Below, piece by piece: positions 60,665 to 64,000 of a DNA stretch of 64,000 nucleotides. The notes beneath the pieces are model-generated. The model was not told the origin of the DNA. It worked only from the letters and a program-made list of their open reading frames with translations, and searched no databases. Source of the DNA: Octopus sinensis (taxonomy: Eukaryota); the NCBI RefSeq assembly GCF_006345805.1, contig NW_021832430.1, positions 186,001 to 250,000 on the forward strand, written 5' to 3'. Each line of letters begins with the position of its first letter. Position 1 is the stretch's first letter. The position numbers were made by a program, and so were the translations under genes.

Positions 60665-61400
60665 TATGTGCTCTCGGCAAACCTTGACCAACACCGCCTG
60701 GCATGCCTTCGTGCGGCATCCGCCCCTCACTCTGGCAGCTGGATGAATGCTCTTCCTCTTTCCAGCATCGGGACGTGGCTAGACGATGCTGCCATACGCA
60801 TCGGAGTGGCTCACCGACTCGGCCTGGATGTTTGTGCAAAACACCGCTGCAGATGCGGTGAGGACGTTGACGAAAAGGGACTGCACCCACTTTCCTGCAA
60901 GAGGAGCGCAGGCAGGGAACACAGACACAAGGCCCTCATTCGTGCCTCCTCGAACCGGTCGGACTCGATCGGGGAAATGGCAAAAGGCCTGACGGGATGA
61001 CAATATTCCCGTACTCGTCGGGGAAGGCCCTCGTATGGGATGTTACCGTTGTGGATACCTTTTCAAATCGAGGATCCATTCTTCTGCGGCAAACCCTTGT
61101 TCGGCTGCAAACCACGCCGAAAAGATCAAAATACACAAATATTCTTCGCTCGCAGACCGCTACCGCGTTACGGCAATCGCCCTGGAGACCGCTGGAGTTG
61201 CAGGAAAGGAGACTGACTCGTTCCTCAAAGAGGTCGGGAAGTCCATCGGGAGGAGGCTCAAGGACTCGAGAGAGGGTCTCTGGTTCTGCCAGCGCATCGG
61301 CCTGGCCATTGTTTGGGGCAACGCACACTGCGTCCTCGCCGCTGGGACTTACGATTTTCGTTTTTTTTGACTTTCGTTTATTACAAAAAAAAATTAAAAA
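60665..61400 (+). mobile_element. 5'-truncated CRE-like element with RLE domain and A/T-rich tail
   Basis: HSGSWMNALPLSSIGTWLDD, CRCG..LHPLSC..RH, GKALVWDVTVVDTF, IALETAG, WFCQRIGLAIVWGNA. Confidence 0.9.
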
Positions 61401-62189
61401 AAAAAATTTATGTGTAAAAATTCCGAAATCCACTTTTTAAGATTAATAAGAAAAAAAGCAAAACTGCTCAGAAACTCTACATGCCCTCCAACCAACAGGA
61501 ACGATCGTCCAAACGTTCAAAAAAGAACGTCAAGTCACGCTCAAGCAATGCAGAGTATAGAACATCATCACAGCTTTGTGTAAGAACAATTTCGATGAAC
61601 GTTCTTTCAAGGCAAACTTTAGAAATGATCCCTAGAAGTATAGCCTTAATTTTCACAAAATGCAAAATTTAAATCACATAGTTCTTTTAGTTAAAATATA
61701 TAAATTATTTGCCGAGTTAATAATTGATAATTAATTTTTCAGCTTAATAATAAACATTTTAAATATAAATATAGATATTAAGAAATATTTTAAATAAATC
61801 TTTTTCTCACAGATTATTCAAATAATATCTAAAAAATTCTGAATTATTCATTTTAAAAAACACAGAAAGCTAAATGATAAGATATATACATAAGATTAAA
61901 ATCTCTGAAAATCAATTAGATGTTGCAGATCACCACCTAGTCTAATAAATTAATGTACTGGAAGACATAATGGTGGATTATAAACAATTAGGCGTCATTT
62001 ATTTTCATCATAAAAGTGATATTAAAGGTGTCTAAAATACAGAAGTTATAGCCATAACAAATTATCTAAATAAAATTAACGAAAATTCCTTTTTATGACG
62101 TTTGGTTGAACTCATAGCCAGACACTTTAGCAATTTGAGGATACTGCATTACTCTCACAATTCGATGGACAGCCTTGTTCACTGAAAAA

Positions 62190-62944
62190 TATGTGTAAAA
62201 TTGATTTCGTCTATAAAGGCTGCCACAGTCAAAAACAAGAGACGTTTGGAGATGTTTTCACGAATCGGAAATCCACCCGAAGTTGTGGTTACAAGATGGG
62301 GAAGCTGGCTAAAAGCAGCAAAATATTACTCCCAGAATCTTCCAGAAATTATTAAAATCGTATCTGATTTTGAAGGAGATGGAGTTTTAATACAAAATGT
62401 TTTAGTTTTTAATTATTTTAGGCAAAAAAATCAGTGAATAATCCTACGTTGTTTCCAAGCTTAACCCAAATCAGTTCAAATTATTTGGGATTAATTGAAA
62501 TGATTTCAAATACTGAATTGCTTGATTACTCCATTGCAACAGCTTATGGTGATCTAAACACCCTAGACTTTACATCAGATCCATGCGACATAAAATCCTA
62601 TATATCAAAAAAGCTTGAGAAATCAGGAATACTAAGTATTCTTGAATTCTCAAATAAGAATCTATCGCCAGAAGTTTATTCACATCTCAGAAAATGTAGC
62701 GCAAGTTCAGCATCTATCGAAAGGGCAATATCTCTTTTGACGAAAATTCTTAGTAAAGAGAGGAACTTTAAACCTGAAAATGTTCAGGAATATTTGATTT
62801 CCTATTACAATAAATAATTTCGTTAATTTTTTGCATAATGTAATGTTTACAATTAAAAAAAATTATTTTTGCAATTTTTTACAATTTTTAAAATTCATTT
62901 TTGCAATTTTTTTTATTAAAAAGTGCAATTTTTTGGTTGCCCTA
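62190..62944 (+). mobile_element. 3' half of a hAT of the 44419-46038 family, with a 23-nt intron
   Basis: PPEVVVTRWGSWLKAAKYY, intron 62399-62421, SASIERAIS..YYNK*, and terminal TTGCCCTA at 62944. Confidence 0.85.
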
Positions 62945-64000
62945 CTTATCACAGATGTTTCACAGAGATCTGTCTTCATTTCAGCTTGTATTTAATTGTG
63001 TGATGTGCGACATCCTCCAAGTGGATCATTTTAACGTGGAGATGATCATTTATGCGGATAATATTTTAATTTTTGATTTTTCTATAAGCAAATCAATATC
63101 ATGGAAAAGAACTCATTGTCATATTGAAAAAATTAACAAATGATGTCAGGATGAAGACTTATTTTTTGAAAAAAGGACTATTTGTTGGATTGTCCTATTG
63201 GTAAAATTTCTCCACTTCAACATGATTAAAGCGATCTTGTGAGGTAATGTCCAATTCGATTAAATTTATATTTTTTCTTTTTGTCTTACAAAAAATGTCA
63301 GGTTTATTGAATTGGACTTTCGTTTCAGTCATGATTGACGTGTCAAATCTCATTTCGACATTCTGGGTCGACATTATTGACACAACCAAATGTCTTTTCA
63401 ATTTTCTGTTTCATTAAATTCCATATATTCGACATAAGTGAAGATGAATACACTTAATCACTTCATTATTTCTTTGGAGATAATCACTGTTTAGCATCCA
63501 ACCACACTGCGTGACTAGATGATCAAAAGTCTGCTTGGTTTTTTTGCAATGGACGCATAGTGATCAGATGTATGTAAAGAAAAAAATCTTATCTTTCAAA
63601 AGACAGTACACGACATTTAATTCCAACATCTTTTTGGGAAAACGATTTTTAATTAAATGCACTAAACTCTTTTTTATAACTGAATGTTAAACAAAGTAGC
63701 TCACCCTGTCATGTATGTGTGTTACCGTCCTGGTCGCCAGTGTGAGGCGCGAAATATTCTATCGACACGTTAAATGATTGTCAAGATCATATTTCTAAAA
63801 ATAATTTCACAACTGGCATTTTTGGGGAATATATCAAACAAATAAAAAGAATCACAGTGATCTCGGAGTTTCTGAGAATTATTTTTTAGTTAATTGGCTA
63901 AAAATAAAATTTCGATGAATTTTTTTGATTATTTAGATCTTAAATCTCTGCGATCTTTGTTTAGTTTAAAATCAGTTCATCCTGCAAGGCTGAATGTTGT

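Overview
AT-rich eukaryotic genomic DNA, mostly decayed transposons, with very small (22-29 nt) GT-AG introns. No rRNA, CRISPR array or prokaryotic operon was seen. The tiny introns, Ig-domain receptors and dense transposons suggest a reduced-genome animal parasite such as a myxozoan or dicyemid. This is inference and cannot be settled from this window. After manual splicing, six host genes read through: four co-oriented paralogous type-I membrane IgSF genes (897-2760, 8140-10046, 26475-28364, 51201-53093; 8 introns each, ~550-570 aa), a Mis12-like gene (33547-34103) and VPS41 (35612-38524). The rest consists of Tc1/mariner, Tigger/pogo, two hAT groups, Ginger-like integrases, MITEs, and CRE-, RTE-, R4/NeSL- and I/Jockey-like non-LTR remnants. 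The strongest candidate for a new system is the IgSF family. Its two near-identical copies differ almost only by amino-acid-changing substitutions in domains 2-3, including a 54-nt patch with 12 nonsynonymous and 0 synonymous changes, and three copies share a palindrome-containing upstream module. Also notable: DNA transposases carrying 23-25 nt introns, a 5-bp-TSD MITE with GC-rich TIRs, a possible tRNA-derived SINE with a CRE-type tail, and a 4.8-kb collinear, deletion-riddled copy of a 17.5-kb block. All alignments and counts were done by eye.
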